DNA of 64,000 nt from Malacoraja senta. Its lineage: Eukaryota. Below the pieces are notes generated by a model. It was not told the DNA's origin. It worked only from the letters and a program-made list of their open reading frames with translations, and did no database searches. This document shows positions 1 through 11,970 of this stretch, one piece after another (positions within the stretch are counted from its first letter, which is position 1; each line of letters opens with the position of its first letter). The stretch lies in NCBI GenBank assembly GCA_038087875.1, contig CM075980.1, positions 9,362,001 to 9,426,000 of the forward strand. The letters run 5' to 3'. The position numbers and the translations under genes are program-made.

Positions 1-49
1 AATATTTCTTTCTCCCAAAGGGCTGGAGCTGCAGAAATCTCATTTTACA

Positions 50-208
50 CGGAGCCAATAATTCAGTGAATCGATGTGACGTGGATAAAGATTTTGCATG
101 AATAATTAATAATTAGTGACGTTGGGATGCTGAAGACTTTAAAAGAGAAGCGTCGAAAGGGCTCAAAACCTCGCTTGTGTAGCAAAATATTGGTTTATCA
201 CCTTCGAC
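50..208 (+). promoter_or_regulatory. IgL cluster 1 proximal promoter
   Basis: CCAAT (54-58), TGACGTGG (77-84), octamer-like ATTTTGCAT (91-99) and TTTAAAA (138-144) upstream of the leader ATG; block conserved in all four units. Confidence 0.55.
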
Positions 209-254
209 ATGGCTGCATGGGTTTGGGTTCTCGCCTTGGTGACCTGTTTCCACT
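209..254 (+). CDS. IGL: IgL cluster 1 leader exon (MAAWVWVLALVTCFH, phase 1)
   Basis: ATG at 209, hydrophobic codons, GTGAGT donor at 255; splices in frame to TCAG|GT at 349, giving ...FHCINA|ETTL. Confidence 0.9.
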
Positions 255-348
255 GTGAGTAGAGCGCAGAATGATTAATGTTGTATCGTTTTACATTCTG
301 CTGTGTTTTTTCTAATTGTTCTGTATATTTATCTGTTTTTTCTATCAG

Positions 349-696
349 GTATAAACGCGGAGACTACCTTGACTCAGGTCCCGGCTATATCAACCTCGCC
401 GGGAAAAAACGTCAAAATCACCTGTACCCTGTCAGGGGGCAGCATCGGTAGCTACTACACGAGCTGGTACTGGCAGAAGCCGGACAGCAGCCCTGTCTTC
501 GTGTGGTATGGAAGCTCCACCAGAGGCACCGGAATTCCAGACAGATTCACGGGTTCCACGGACTCATCCATTAACCAAATGCATTTAATCATCACCAACG
601 TGCAATCGGAGGACGCGGCCGATTATTACTGTGGTGTGTGGGACAACAGTAACTACAAATTCACCTTTGGGAGAGGAACCAAACTGAATCTAAGCA
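349..696 (+). CDS. IGL: IgL cluster 1 germline-joined VJ exon, lambda/type II (CDR3 CGVWDNSNYKFTF)
   Basis: TC...WYWQKP...DAADYYC...FGRGTKL in one exon; acceptor AG 347-348, donor GTAAGT 697; motifs match shark type II (lambda) chains. Confidence 0.95.
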
Positions 697-2694
697 GTAA
701 GTAAAATATTCACGTTTTGATACAACGAATCGTTGAACTTAGGTTTTGCTTTCCTTCATAAATCCTCGGTAGAAAGATCATATTAAACCTAAGTGGAACA
801 CAACGGGTCAGCTAGCATCTCCGGTAGACGTATGGATGGGCAATATTTCGTGTCGGAACAAAGTCTCTTTGGGAGACTGTACCGAAAGGAAAATCGTCGT
901 TCTATGTCCTCCAGAGATGCTGTCGGATCCGCTGTGCTGTGCTCAAGATGGCAACTTGTTTCTCCTACGTGAACTTGGTGTTTAAGATCCTTTATCTCCA
1001 TCCCTACAACACTCCGAGAAATCTGCGCTCACCTAACCGTGGCTTCTTGATCATCGTGGAATTTAACGCCTTCACATACTGACAGTTGTGCTTCAAAGTT
1101 GTTAAATTCTGGAATGATATCCTGAAGCTCTATTTTCCCCTTTCTTCCCCGATGTTCATGAATCCTGTTCCTTTAACAGAAATACAGATTTTCTCATTTG
1201 AAGTATCCTGAAATGGCGGGTTTCGTCCGAGACTGCTGCTATTGATCACTTTGCTTCAATATAAGCGTAATGCAAACGAAAATTGTTGCCGTTTCCTGAA
1301 GAAATGTTCGGGAAATTATGAGATTTTATTAGTTTTCGGTATATTGTGGATACGGAGAATACCAACTCTGACAGTGGGCCAAATAGAATCATTGGAAGCA
1401 TCCAAATGGAAGTTAATAAACATTTGGCAAGGGATGTTGGTGAATTAAATGGGATATTTTTAAAATTGCAAATACCCATTAGGGCAAATTGCGCGAAGTT
1501 GATTTCTGATCGTTTTAATGATACCATGAGGGTGAAGTGGCGTTTCGACAGGTTTACATGGGCTCCCGACAACAGCGCTAAAACTAATTGTCAAGGAAAA
1601 GGTAAAAAAACTAATATTTAAACGCTTCGCACGGCACCATTTCAATTCCCTTTACGCGAAAGTGTGGAGGATTGTTGCAAGTCTGATTCAGCTCCGAAAT
1701 TAGAAACAAGAGCAGAACCGTATTCGGGTTCATTTCTCCTTCAGCTCACCATTGCCACCTTAGCTGATCACATTTGTGTGGATATGCCGTCAGACTCTTT
1801 GTACCCACCTTGTAGAACCTGCAAGGGATTTTGATGCTGGTTCTCCGATTGTCATCGAGTGTATGATATAGCAGAAAACACAGACTGTTCATTATGCTGT
1901 TAAACATGATCCCTCTGATTGTTGATGTTATTTACGGGCAGGCAGTTGGTAGACCGACATGTTAAAAAGCTTAAAAGAGCGAGACATCATTTTGCCATTT
2001 TCGGATAAATTAGTGCAGAAATGGGCACACCAGTATACGAGGTTATTGCTGAATTGCCTAGAATCGAAAGATTGGAAGGATATATTACAGCGTCTTTAAA
2101 TTCAGCATTAGCTTGATATGTTTTTTTAAGTCCGAATATGTTGGATGTTAAACCCAGAGCTGTCTCGATATGTGTCAGAAGGAATTTGAATCTGACAAAA
2201 CATTTCTTTAGTTTTACCTTTCATATTGCTGACCGCCACAATCCTTAAATCAATGGACTTTCTGGACGATGTGGAAGATTCACTAATAAGTAACATTCTA
2301 AAGACTATTCCGGGAAAGAATTGGGATTACTGTTTAAACAAGCATTAATTTGGAAATGCTGCTCATTCTGCCAGGATGAGTTGTGATTCCATTTTTCCTT
2401 CCCGTTTCCATTATATGACGAAAATCGTAGGCCACATGTTTTACCAAACCTCGGATATTCGAACAGTAAAAATTAACTTATCATGTTTCTGCTGTATAAA
2501 ATGAGGTTTATAAATCAACGGTAATTGTAAAGCCAGTGCAGTACACCGCCATAGAGCCACAGTCATAGAGTTATGCAGCGGTGGAACAGTCCTGAAGTCC
2601 ACTTATTTCATGCCGACCGAGGTGCCCTACTTGAGCTGGTCCCATTTGCGCGTGCCAGGCCCATATCTCTTTGAACCTTTCTTATCCAAGTATT

Positions 2695-3975
2695 TATTTA
2701 TTTATTTATTTATTTATTTATTCCGAACAAGTAAAGACATTAAAGACATTGATATTAACAAAATCGAAATTATCAAACAATTGAACATTGCAATCAACAT
2801 TTACAAATGAGAAGAACAAAATCAAGGTTCCAATGTCCAACTCAGAGTCTGTACAAGCTCGAAAAGGAGTGAGAAGAAGAATAACTTATTAAATCTCACC
2901 CCTTTTCCCCAACACTTCTATCGTATTTAAAAATCAATTCCTTACTAATAATAGTACTGCCCTAGGCAATTTCCCATAATACCTACAGACACATATATAC
3001 ATACAACTATTATGTACATACAATCTTCATATTTGAAGTACCCAACATCAGTGAACAATAGTAAACAAGATAAACATCAACAATAGTAACAAGATAAACA
3101 TCAACGATTGTAAACAAGATAAACATCAACCCCCACTTGTCAACCATCCCCTCCATCCCTGTACCCCTTGAGCATTATTTTTTTATATATCATTTTAAAA
3201 TGATTCATGTTTGTGCATTGCTTCAATTCCCCGTTCAATTTATTCCACACTCCTACTCCACAAACCGAAATACAAAAGGTTTTTCTAGTCGTACGGACTT
3301 TTTGTTTCTTAAAGTTAAATATTCCTCTTAAATTGTAACCCCCCACACGCTCGTTAAATAATTTTTGAATGTTTCCAGGTAAATTTTTATTTTTGGCCCT
3401 AAACATTATCTGAGCTGTTTTGAATGTGACCAAATCTTCTAATTTTAATAATTTTGATTCTAAAAATAATGGATTCGTATGACCCAGATACTTAGCATTA
3501 TGGATAATACGAATTGCTCTTTTTTGCATCATGGTTAATGAGTGTATCGAATTTTTATAATTATTTCCCCAGACTTCTGTACAATAATTTAAGTAGGGTA
3601 AAATTAATGTACAATAAAGAATACGGAGTGATTTGTAATCCAGAGCTTGCTTGGCTTTGTATAATACAGAGATACTTTTTGATAATTTTAATTTTACATG
3701 TTTAATATGTGATTTCCAGCTTATTTTATCGTCAATTATAACCCCAAGAAATTTATTTTCATGCACTCTTTCAACTTCCACCCCATTTATCTTTATACTT
3801 ACTAGGGGACTTATTCTACAATTACCAAATAACATTATTTTAGTTTTACTCAGATTTAATGAAATGTTATTACTATCAAACCATATTTTCAATTTACCCA
3901 TTTCTTTTATTATTTTATCCAATAGCCTTTTTAAATTTTCCCCAGAACAAAAAATATTTGTATAATCTAAGCACT
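2695..3975 (-). mobile_element. 5'-truncated L2/CR1-group LINE (Crack/Daphne-like) in cluster 1 J-C intron
   Basis: Open 260-aa RT C-terminal ORF 3140-3922 (WF..N.LSLN..KTK, KFLGV.ID); (TAAA)n tail at the left end; TSD AAGTATT at 2688-2694 and 3976-3982; empty site in units 2-4. Confidence 0.85.
3055..3131. repeat. Three copies of a 25-26 bp unit (AACAATAGTAAACAAGATAAACATC) in the LINE 3' UTR
   Basis: Direct reading. Confidence 0.8.
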
Positions 3976-4382
3976 AAGTATTAATTCAAATGTTTTTTTA
4001 AATGGTGTTATTGTACCTGCCTCATCAACTTCGCCGGGGAATTCTTTCCATGGAGTCAACGCATTATGTGTACACATGTTGCACTGAACCTAAACCCTCT
4101 AATTCTTCATTCTCCTACTATGGGGAAAACCATAAGTATTCCGTGCGCTAACCCTATGTATTCCCCTCGCGATTTTGTATACCGCCATGCGATCACCCTA
4201 AGGACTTCTACATACCAAGGACTAACGTCCTCGCATGTCCAATCTATGCCTATAGTTCAGGCGTTCGAAACCTGGCACCGTCGTCGTAAATCTTGCCTGG
4301 AGTCGTTCCAACTGAATCGATTCTGACTTTTAACGTCAACTGATAAATAACTCACTTGAATTTATTTCAATTCTATTTTCAG

Positions 4383-4705
4383 GTCCGCGGCCCCCCACCG
4401 TTTCCATTCTGGCGCCTTCAATGGGTGAAGTCACCGCAAAAAGTACTGCCACCCTGGTGTGTTTGGTGAGCGGGTTCAATCCGGGCGCTGTTGACATTGA
4501 ATGGACCGTAGACGGCAGTGCGAGAAGTGATGGCGCTGCGACCAGCCGGGTCCAGCAGGAGAAGGACAACTCGTTCAGTGCGAGCAGTTACCTGACTCTG
4601 CCAGCCTCCGACTGGAACTCACACGACCTTTACTCCTGTGTGGTTAAACACGAAACCCAGGCAAACCCGATTAAGGCCAATATCGCCAGATCCAGTTGCC
4701 TCTAA
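4383..4705 (+). CDS. IGL: IgL cluster 1 constant exon (C-lambda)
   Basis: Acceptor TTTTCAG|GT; phase 1 (A+GT=Ser); ATLVCLV...W...Y.CVVKH, penultimate Cys (SSCL*), TAA 4703-4705. Confidence 0.95.
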
Positions 4706-4884
4706 TTCTAAGGATGAAATTCCCGATTTGCTACATTTCTTTGTAAATTAATCCAATATTCAGATATCGAATGTTCGCTTTAACAGGGTATTTGTTCAAA
4801 CGCAGCACGTGTGCATTTTGTTGCCTTGAATGCGCTGTCCGTATTTTACGATGAACTGAAAAACAATAATGTAACATTTAATGC

Positions 4885-4960
4885 AATAAACCCGATTATT
4901 CTATTTACGATGCATCGTTGTCATTTTCTGTGGAAATGTCCTTGCCTTCCATAGAATAAA
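4885..4960 (+). terminator. Two AATAAA polyadenylation signals, cluster 1
   Basis: AATAAA at 4885-4890 and 4955-4960, conserved in the paralogues. Confidence 0.6.
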
Positions 4961-6673
4961 AACAATAATGTCCGATGATGCCAGTGTATATAAACTGGCA
5001 TTTAGTGAAACGTCGTTATATTTCAAATAAACTGCGTTTTCATGATTGATGATGATCCATGTGTTAGGACAGCTGAAGGGACTGCTTGCAAGTACCCCCC
5101 GATTGAAGAAATTAGGTGCAAATCCGTGTCTCCTATTTTGGATATTCCAGAAAAACGGAAGGGCAGTCCCTTACGCTAATATGCTTAAATGACCCAAATG
5201 TCTCTAATCGATCCGCACAAAATATCACAATATATCAGTTTATTCCATGAAAACGCGATGACAAGTGTGGTTTGACGAATTCGTAAACCGCGGCATTACC
5301 GTGGTCTTAAGTCAGCTCAACATTAATCACCAGAAGTGGTCATATATTTAAACAATGTAACGAGAGGAATAAAGTTCAGGCTCGGCGGGGTGAGCGCTAG
5401 ACTCATCTTGAAGGGGGGCTTCGCGCCAACAATTAACCGAAGTAAAAGTAGTTACTTCGCGATTCCCAGAAATGGGATAAACAGCTTTCGGGATATGGCA
5501 AGTGCTTGGATGTTCTTCTCTGGGAATTAAAAAAATGTTTAACAGGAGGAATAAATTGGGAGAATTTATGTACTGTGGCTGGGGAAAATCTGCTTCCGAT
5601 CTGGATAAGTCCTATCTGGAGAGACCCTCCAGTATGATGTCAATTTCCAGTAGTAAAATAACAGGTTGGGGACGTGTGCTGTCTATTTTCACCCCATCCC
5701 TTCCTCCACGGTTATCATTCACTCCCTTTCCCCCGTATTTTATGGCTGATTTCACTTCTTGTTCCCTTTTCACCCCCAGCCTTTGCCAAGTAACCCCCAC
5801 CGCCATCTGCTAATCAATCCCCTCTCACATGTATCCACCTATCACTTGGCAGGCTGTATCACACATATCTATTTTCCAGCTTTCTCCCCTCTGTTCCAAT
5901 TAGTCTGCAGAAGGTTCTCAACCTGAAATGATGCCTCGCCATTCTAATCAGATGTTGCCTGACCAGGCGAGTCATGTAGAGTCCAATGGCGAAGTCTTGT
6001 TTTGCGGGATTTGTCCGGTATTATGATTACCTCTCTGATCGCATTTACCTCTTCAATCCACTTCTTGTCAGAAAAAACATAATCTCGGAGGCCCCATTAA
6101 TTAAATAGAGAGCCGAGATTAGAAAGTGAGGTAGAAAGAAAAGTAACATTTTATCCTTAAATATATACTATTTTCATTTTCTTGAATCAGCTTTTTCAAC
6201 GATATAATTAATTTACAAAATGTGATTTTTTTAAAGAGACAAATCTCGTATTTTATAGTTTTACAGCCGCTTGTAAAATTGAAGTAATTAGGTGGGGAAA
6301 GCCTCAAAGTTAGTGACAGAAGGAGAAACTCCGTCCTCAGCATTACCCTCTCTTGTTCCAGGGCCAAGGCTTGATTGCTGGCTTGCATGAAGCGGGCAAC
6401 TCCTGGGGCCTTGTTGCTACCTTCCGCAACCGAAGCAGGCAAATCTGGACGGACGGCGGACCACATCTGGAACAATTCGCATGATATCCGATTACAATTC
6501 GATACCCAACATTCTCAGAATTCCACTTGTGAAGCTCTCTACGTATATTTATCAGTTAATGCAAAAGTCGTTACAAAGCCATAAATGACCGATATTTCCC
6601 ACCATGGCCACGGTATATTATGATTCGTTCTTCACTAAAGGCTGGAGCTACGAACGTTTCCAAACAACGGAGA

Positions 6674-6967
6674 GGGGCACATTGGCCCAGCGCTGGAGTT
6701 GCTGCCTCACAGCGCCAGGGACCCGGGTTCAATCCCGACTATGGCTGCTGTCTGTATGCAATTTGTACATTCTCCCCAGAGCCGCGTGGGATTTACCTGG
6801 GTGCTCCGGTTTCCTCCCACGTTCCACAGACGTACAGATATTTTTAGATTAATTGCCTTCTGTAAATTGTCCCTATTGGATGGATATACTGTATGGGCTG
6901 ATTGCTGGTCGGTGTTGACTCGATTAGCCGAAGGGCCTGTTTCCACGCTGTACTGAAGTAAACTAAA
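6674..6967 (+). mobile_element. tRNA-derived V-SINE (HE1-like)
   Basis: A-box TGGCCCAGCGCTGG, B-box GGTTCAATCCC, core GGGTGCTCCGGTTTCCTCCCAC. Confidence 0.75.
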
Positions 6968-7154
6968 CACTTCCGTCCACGAACTCACTGGATTGGAATG
7001 TTCGTCCGTTTCTTCACTTCCTAGTTCAGTTGCAAAAATAAGACAAAGTGTCTTATTTGTCCCGACAACTGTGCGCCCCCCCCCCCCATCAACCCCTGAA
7101 GCTCCCAGGGATCTATTCTTGGTCCCACCAATTCACATCATACTAATTCATGGG

Positions 7155-7415
7155 CGGGCACGGTGCCGCAGCAATAGAGTTGCTGCGTTACAGCGCTTAC
7201 AGCGTCAGAGACACGGGTTCGATCTCGGCTACAGGAGCTTCTCTGCACGGAGTTTGTAGGTTCACACCGTGACCTGCGTGGGGTTTCTCCGAGAACTTCG
7301 GTTTCCTCCAACACTCCAAAGGATAGTGTTAATGTACGGGGATCGCTCGTCGATGCGGACTCGGTGGGCTGACTGGCCTGATTCCGCTATATCTCTAAAC
7401 TAAACGAATGCCTTT
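7155..7415 (+). mobile_element. V-SINE (HE1-like), second copy
   Basis: GGCACGGTGCCGCAG head, GGTTCGATCTC B-box, V-core. Confidence 0.7.
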
Positions 7416-7589
7416 GAAACAGGCTGTCGCTTTACAGTCCAACCTCATCATACCCTTCTCCCAACCCATTCAATGCCAGAGCTTGTACTAGACTTTGTTG
7501 AACATAACAAAGTCGCTGACAGATCAGAGCAGTAATTCCACAAACATTTGCATGTAAACAGAAAACCCTTTTATTTATTCCCCATCTGA

Positions 7590-8170
7590 ACCGTAATTCC
7601 ACGATTAAACATCGATATCGCCAAAACGACGCAGGTCGGTGGACTCATCGATCGTGTTCCACTCGCGGAGACATGAGTTCCCTGGGCCTCATCTTTTACC
7701 CCACCAGCCTCTGCATCCAACACATAATTCACAGACATTTTCGTCACCTCCCAACGTGATCCCACCACTAAGCACATCTTCCAATCTCCAACCTTTTCCG
7801 CATTCCGCAGAGACCATTCCCTCCGCAACTCCTTGGTTCACTCATCGCTTTCCACTGAAGCAAATGTCCTTATTCCTCCACCATCAGCTCCACCCAGCGA
7901 CCTCGGCAGTGAGATTCACATGCACCTCCTCTAACATTCTCTCCTCGATCTGGTGTTCCGGATGTGGGCTACTGAACATCGGCTAGACCAAGCGTAGACT
8001 CGGCGACCGTTTAACTGAACTTGCGAAGGCCTACTAGATCTCCCGGTGGCTAGCCCCTTTAACACCCCCCCCCTTCCCATTACACTGACCTTTCCGGTCT
8101 GGGCCTCCTCCATTGTCAGAGCGTGTGTACACGTACATTGGAGGAATAGCAACACATTTCGCTCGGGTAG
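7590..8170 (+). mobile_element. Degenerate Penelope-like element fragment (GIY-YIG region)
   Basis: FTCTSSNIL..IWCS.CGLLNIG, similar to the GIY-YIG ORF at 62922. Confidence 0.65.
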
Positions 8171-8184
8171 CTGATTGGTCACCT

Positions 8185-8560
8185 ATCCTCACAGATTGTG
8201 GTCCGTTGGTCAGGAGGGTGCTGATTCCGTTACAATAGTTTGGAGATGAGCTTGCTTAGGATAATGGTATTGAAAGCAGGGCTCTGGTCTATGAATAGGA
8301 GTCTGATGTAGGTGCTCGTCTCATCCAGATGTTCTAGGGACAAGTGTAGGTGCCAGAGAGATGGCATCAGCAGTGGACCTGTTGTGGTAGTAGGTGAACT
8401 GCTGTAGATCAAGGCTGCTTGGTAGGCTGAATCTAGCTGCTCTAGAAGCAATTCGTAATGGTGGATGTCAAGACATCTGGACGGTAGTCATAAAGGCATG
8501 AGATCTCGATGTTGTTTGGCATCGAGGAGATAGTGGTTTTCTTGATGCATGTCGGTACCT
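8185..8560 (-). mobile_element. Degenerate Rex1/Babar-like RT fragment
   Basis: [24 protein letters not shown] resembles the Rex1 RT motif YVRMLFIDYSSAFNTI. Confidence 0.6.
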
Positions 8561-11118
8561 CAGAATTAATTCCCGGTCTACAACTAGACCAGTCCCGTTC
8601 ACCAGAAAGAGCAAAATATATGATTTTTCGATGATCTACATTGATATCCTACACCCAGTAGCAAGTCGAACATATCCATGCTTTGACCCAATTTTCCTTT
8701 CCCCCGCGAGGCTTCGTTTGCGTTTGATGGGCGACGAGTATTTTGGAAATACTGGTCAGCGTTTAGTGTTTCATCAACGCAGTATTCCTCACCCTCCATA
8801 CGAGCTTGGATATTTGGCCCAGCAAGCTCCTGCCATCACACCTTCGCGGCGCCACTTGGTTTATTTACACTCAGAAATGACAAGGAACAATAATCTTGCT
8901 GATAGTCCCTCCCCACGAACCCCTATTCGCCAACGACATCTCTTCCCTACTCTAGAACCATTGGTGCTGGCCAGTGGCAGATCCGTCGATGGTTCTTTCC
9001 TGGGATCCTTAAACGCATCCCGTTGTTCAATGGCTTTAATGTTCACATCAATGTTAGGCTCTTCTGCGTTCCGGCTGTATTTGGTGAGATTATGTTGGTT
9101 CTGGTACAGTGAAATTGCAATGCAGTTTGTGGAAGTAGGTTGGCCAGACCAGGCATGAAGGACAATTTACATGTTAAAATTGTTCCACTTCCAACGGTGT
9201 CAGATGGTGTAACCTGAATCCAATGAATTCCAATGGTGTAACCTGAATACAATAATCCACATTTCTAAATGACCTTTAAAATGAATAAATTTGAAATATA
9301 TGTATAAAACTGCAACAGTTTCCGAAGGAAATGTCACTTCTTAACTAAAAAAAAGAGCAGGGGTCTAAAATTTGGTCAACAGAGATGGCTTTTGAGGTCA
9401 GCTACAAGGAGGAGTGCAAAGTAGTGAGATGAAGATATGTTTGTGTGAACTTCCAGAGATTTGGGATTTGCCAGGTGAAGACTGACGCCAATAATAAAAA
9501 TAGTTAAAGCCATGGATGCTTTTAGGTTCAGAATTTGAGACCTCCTGCTCTTTCCAGTTGATATATTCTTTGTGCCTGATCAGCTATTTATTAAAAATGT
9601 TCCCCCTATTGAGGTAGTTAGTCTGGTGAAATGAATAATGGGGTTTTCAATGAAATTAGGCGAGAATCAAAATATAGAACTATATCTTTTAAAGGTGCCT
9701 CGACTGCAAGCTACTGTGATATATATTCAATTGCATTGCTGTACTTTAGTAAATTTCACCAGTTGTTATATCCATCATGTACTGCATTTACAACTCATAA
9801 GTCTGCGTAACAACCTGGGGGCTCTCGTGAAAATTCACATTTGTTCTGCAATTTGGTTGTCTTCCGGAAGAAAACCCAGAGGGAAATATCTCTTATTCCC
9901 GGTTAGACTTAATTTCACAGAAGAAATGGTAGTACAAGTCTCGCATAATATAACGTAAATAAATGATTGGAAAGTTTATGAAATTGCATTTATTTGAATG
10001 CATATCATTCGTAAATAACAATATAATTGGGAACAATTCCTATGCTTATATGATCACAAGTGGATGGATCTCAGTTCACAACCGTTTGTTCTTGATTCTC
10101 CTACTCTGGGTAAAAGAGTAGAGGACGAAAGTTTAAGGTGAGAGGGGAATGATTTAATAGTAACCTGAGGGGCAACATTTTCGCACAGAGGTTGGTGAGT
10201 ATAGGGAACGAGCTGCCACAAGAGGTAGTTCAAACAGGTACTATAACAACATTAAAAAAAACATTTGGCCAGGTACATTGATAGGAAAGGTTTAGAGGGA
10301 TACGGGCCAAACGCGGGCAGGTGGGACTCGTTGGGCCGAAGGGCTGTTTCCCTACTGAATAACTCCGTGATACATGCTTACAGCGGATCTGCAGAAATCA
10401 TCGGGACCTGTACATAAAGAAGCCCAGTTGGCAGAGGAATGCGGGTGCTGTTGAGTAGGAACACTTATCTCTGTATCGTAAAATAAAGTTGTCTGGCCGC
10501 TCACAATAACCCAAGATGTAGCTTCGCGTAAATGTTCATCCTGCAAGATGTGGCGCTGCATTCGACGATCTTCTGTGGTCCCTGCCGTTATCTTGCTCTT
10601 AGATGCTGAATCAATCGAAAAATAGTGACATCATCTGCAGCACCTTTGGGATATTTACAGTTCTTGTCATTTATGGGGAGGCAAATGCAAACTGCTTGAT
10701 GTGAAAATACTGGTATGGCCCAAATGTTCGTCTCTGTGCCGTACAGTCTTGCAACAGTAGATGGCAGCATTGCATCGGTTATGAAATAATGTTCATTTAT
10801 TGCGGAGATAGGACAAATGGTCAATTATCACTGTTGCAAAATTACGATAATGTGCTTGCCCATAAACCCATCGAATGTCTACTCATTTAGCGATTATGGG
10901 TGTGGATGCGAATATACTAAGTGAGGAGCGGCTTTAACTTTTGACACATGACAGTAAAAAAGACGGAGGAAATAAACTTACTGAATGCTCAAATGCACGT
11001 GGAGAAACAAACACAAAATATTTTTCCTCGTAAGTGCAATTCATAGTGACATAGTCTTAAAAAAAGAGTTCGGACAAACAACATACAAGCAGCTCGCTCT
11101 GGGTAAAGGATGTAATAG

Positions 11119-11970
11119 GCTGGGTGAGTGGGCAAATGCATGGCAGATGCAATATAATCTGGATAAATGTGAGGTTATCCACTTTGGTGGCAAAAAACAG
11201 GAAAGTAGACTATTATCTAAATGGTGGCCGATTAGGAAAAGGGGAGATGCAACGAGACCTGGGTGTCATGGTACACCAGTCATTGAAAGTAGGCATGCAG
11301 GTGCAGCAGGCAGTGAAGAAAGCGAATGGTATGATAGCATCGATAGCAAAATGATTTGAGTATAGGAGCAGAGAGGTTCTACTGCAGTTGTACAGGGCCG
11401 TGGTGAGACCACACCGGGAGTATTACGTACAGTTTTGGTCTCCAAATCTGAGGAAATACATTCTTGCCATAAAGGGAGTACAGAGAAGGTTCACCAGACT
11501 AATTCCTGGGATGTCAGGACTTTCATATGAAGAAAGACTGGATAGACTCGGCTTCTACTCGCTAGAATTTAGAAGATTGAGGGAGGGATCTTATAGAAAC
11601 ATTCTTAAGGGCTGGACAGACTAGATGCAGGAAGATTGTTCCCGATATTGGGGAAGTCCAGGACAAGGGGTCACAGTTTAAGGATAAAGGGGAAATCCTT
11701 TAGGACCGAGATGAGAAAAACATTTTTCACACAGAGAGTGGTGAATCTCTGGAACTCTCTGCCACAGAAGGTAGTTGAGGCCAGTTCATTGGCTGTATTT
11801 AAGAGGGAATTAGATGTGGCCCTTGTGGCTAAAGGGATCAGGGGGTATGGAGAGAAGGCAGGTACAGGATACTGAGTTGGATGATCAGCCATGATCATAT
11901 TGAATGGCGGTGCAGGCTCGAAGGGCCGAATGGCCTACACCTGCACCTATTTTCTATGTTTCTATGTTTC
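11119..11970 (+). mobile_element. 5'-truncated CR1 LINE with TSD
   Basis: CR1 RT C-terminus in broken frames (RDLGVMVHQSLK, VQRRFTRLIPG, FFTQRVVNLWNSLP); (TTTCTATG)n tail; TAATAG TSD at 11113-11118 and 11971-11976; empty site in unit 3 at 48220-48225. Confidence 0.85.

Noticed and set aside
303-348. ORF-track N-terminus MFFLIVLYIYLFFLSG as the signal peptide (also at 18553, 37142, 55649)
   Set aside because: It starts at GTG inside the leader intron's polypyrimidine tract; the real leader is the upstream exon with canonical GT-AG splicing.
627-633. TACTGTG cryptic heptamer just 5' of the variable CDR3 codons (V-replacement or open-and-shut joining)
   Set aside because: It is the usual by-product of Tyr-Cys codons. 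There is no nonamer at 12/13 or 23 bp, no unjoined donor V in the window, and CDR3 length is constant in clusters 1-3.
789-1645. Short ORFs recurring in each J-C intron and spacer (e.g. 1346-1621, 4066-4326, 8631-9158)
   Set aside because: They recur only because the unit is duplicated. Starts, stops and frames vary between copies and no domain is recognisable.
4421-4705. 94-aa ORF starting at Met as a stand-alone gene (and its paralogues)
   Set aside because: Internal Met of the spliced C exon, which begins 38 nt earlier at the acceptor.
4712-4723. NF-kB-like GGGAATTTCA (minus strand) just after the C stop, and GGGGAATTCT at about 4036
   Set aside because: Imperfect matches; the first is lost in cluster 4 and the second lies in a CR1 remnant and varies between units.
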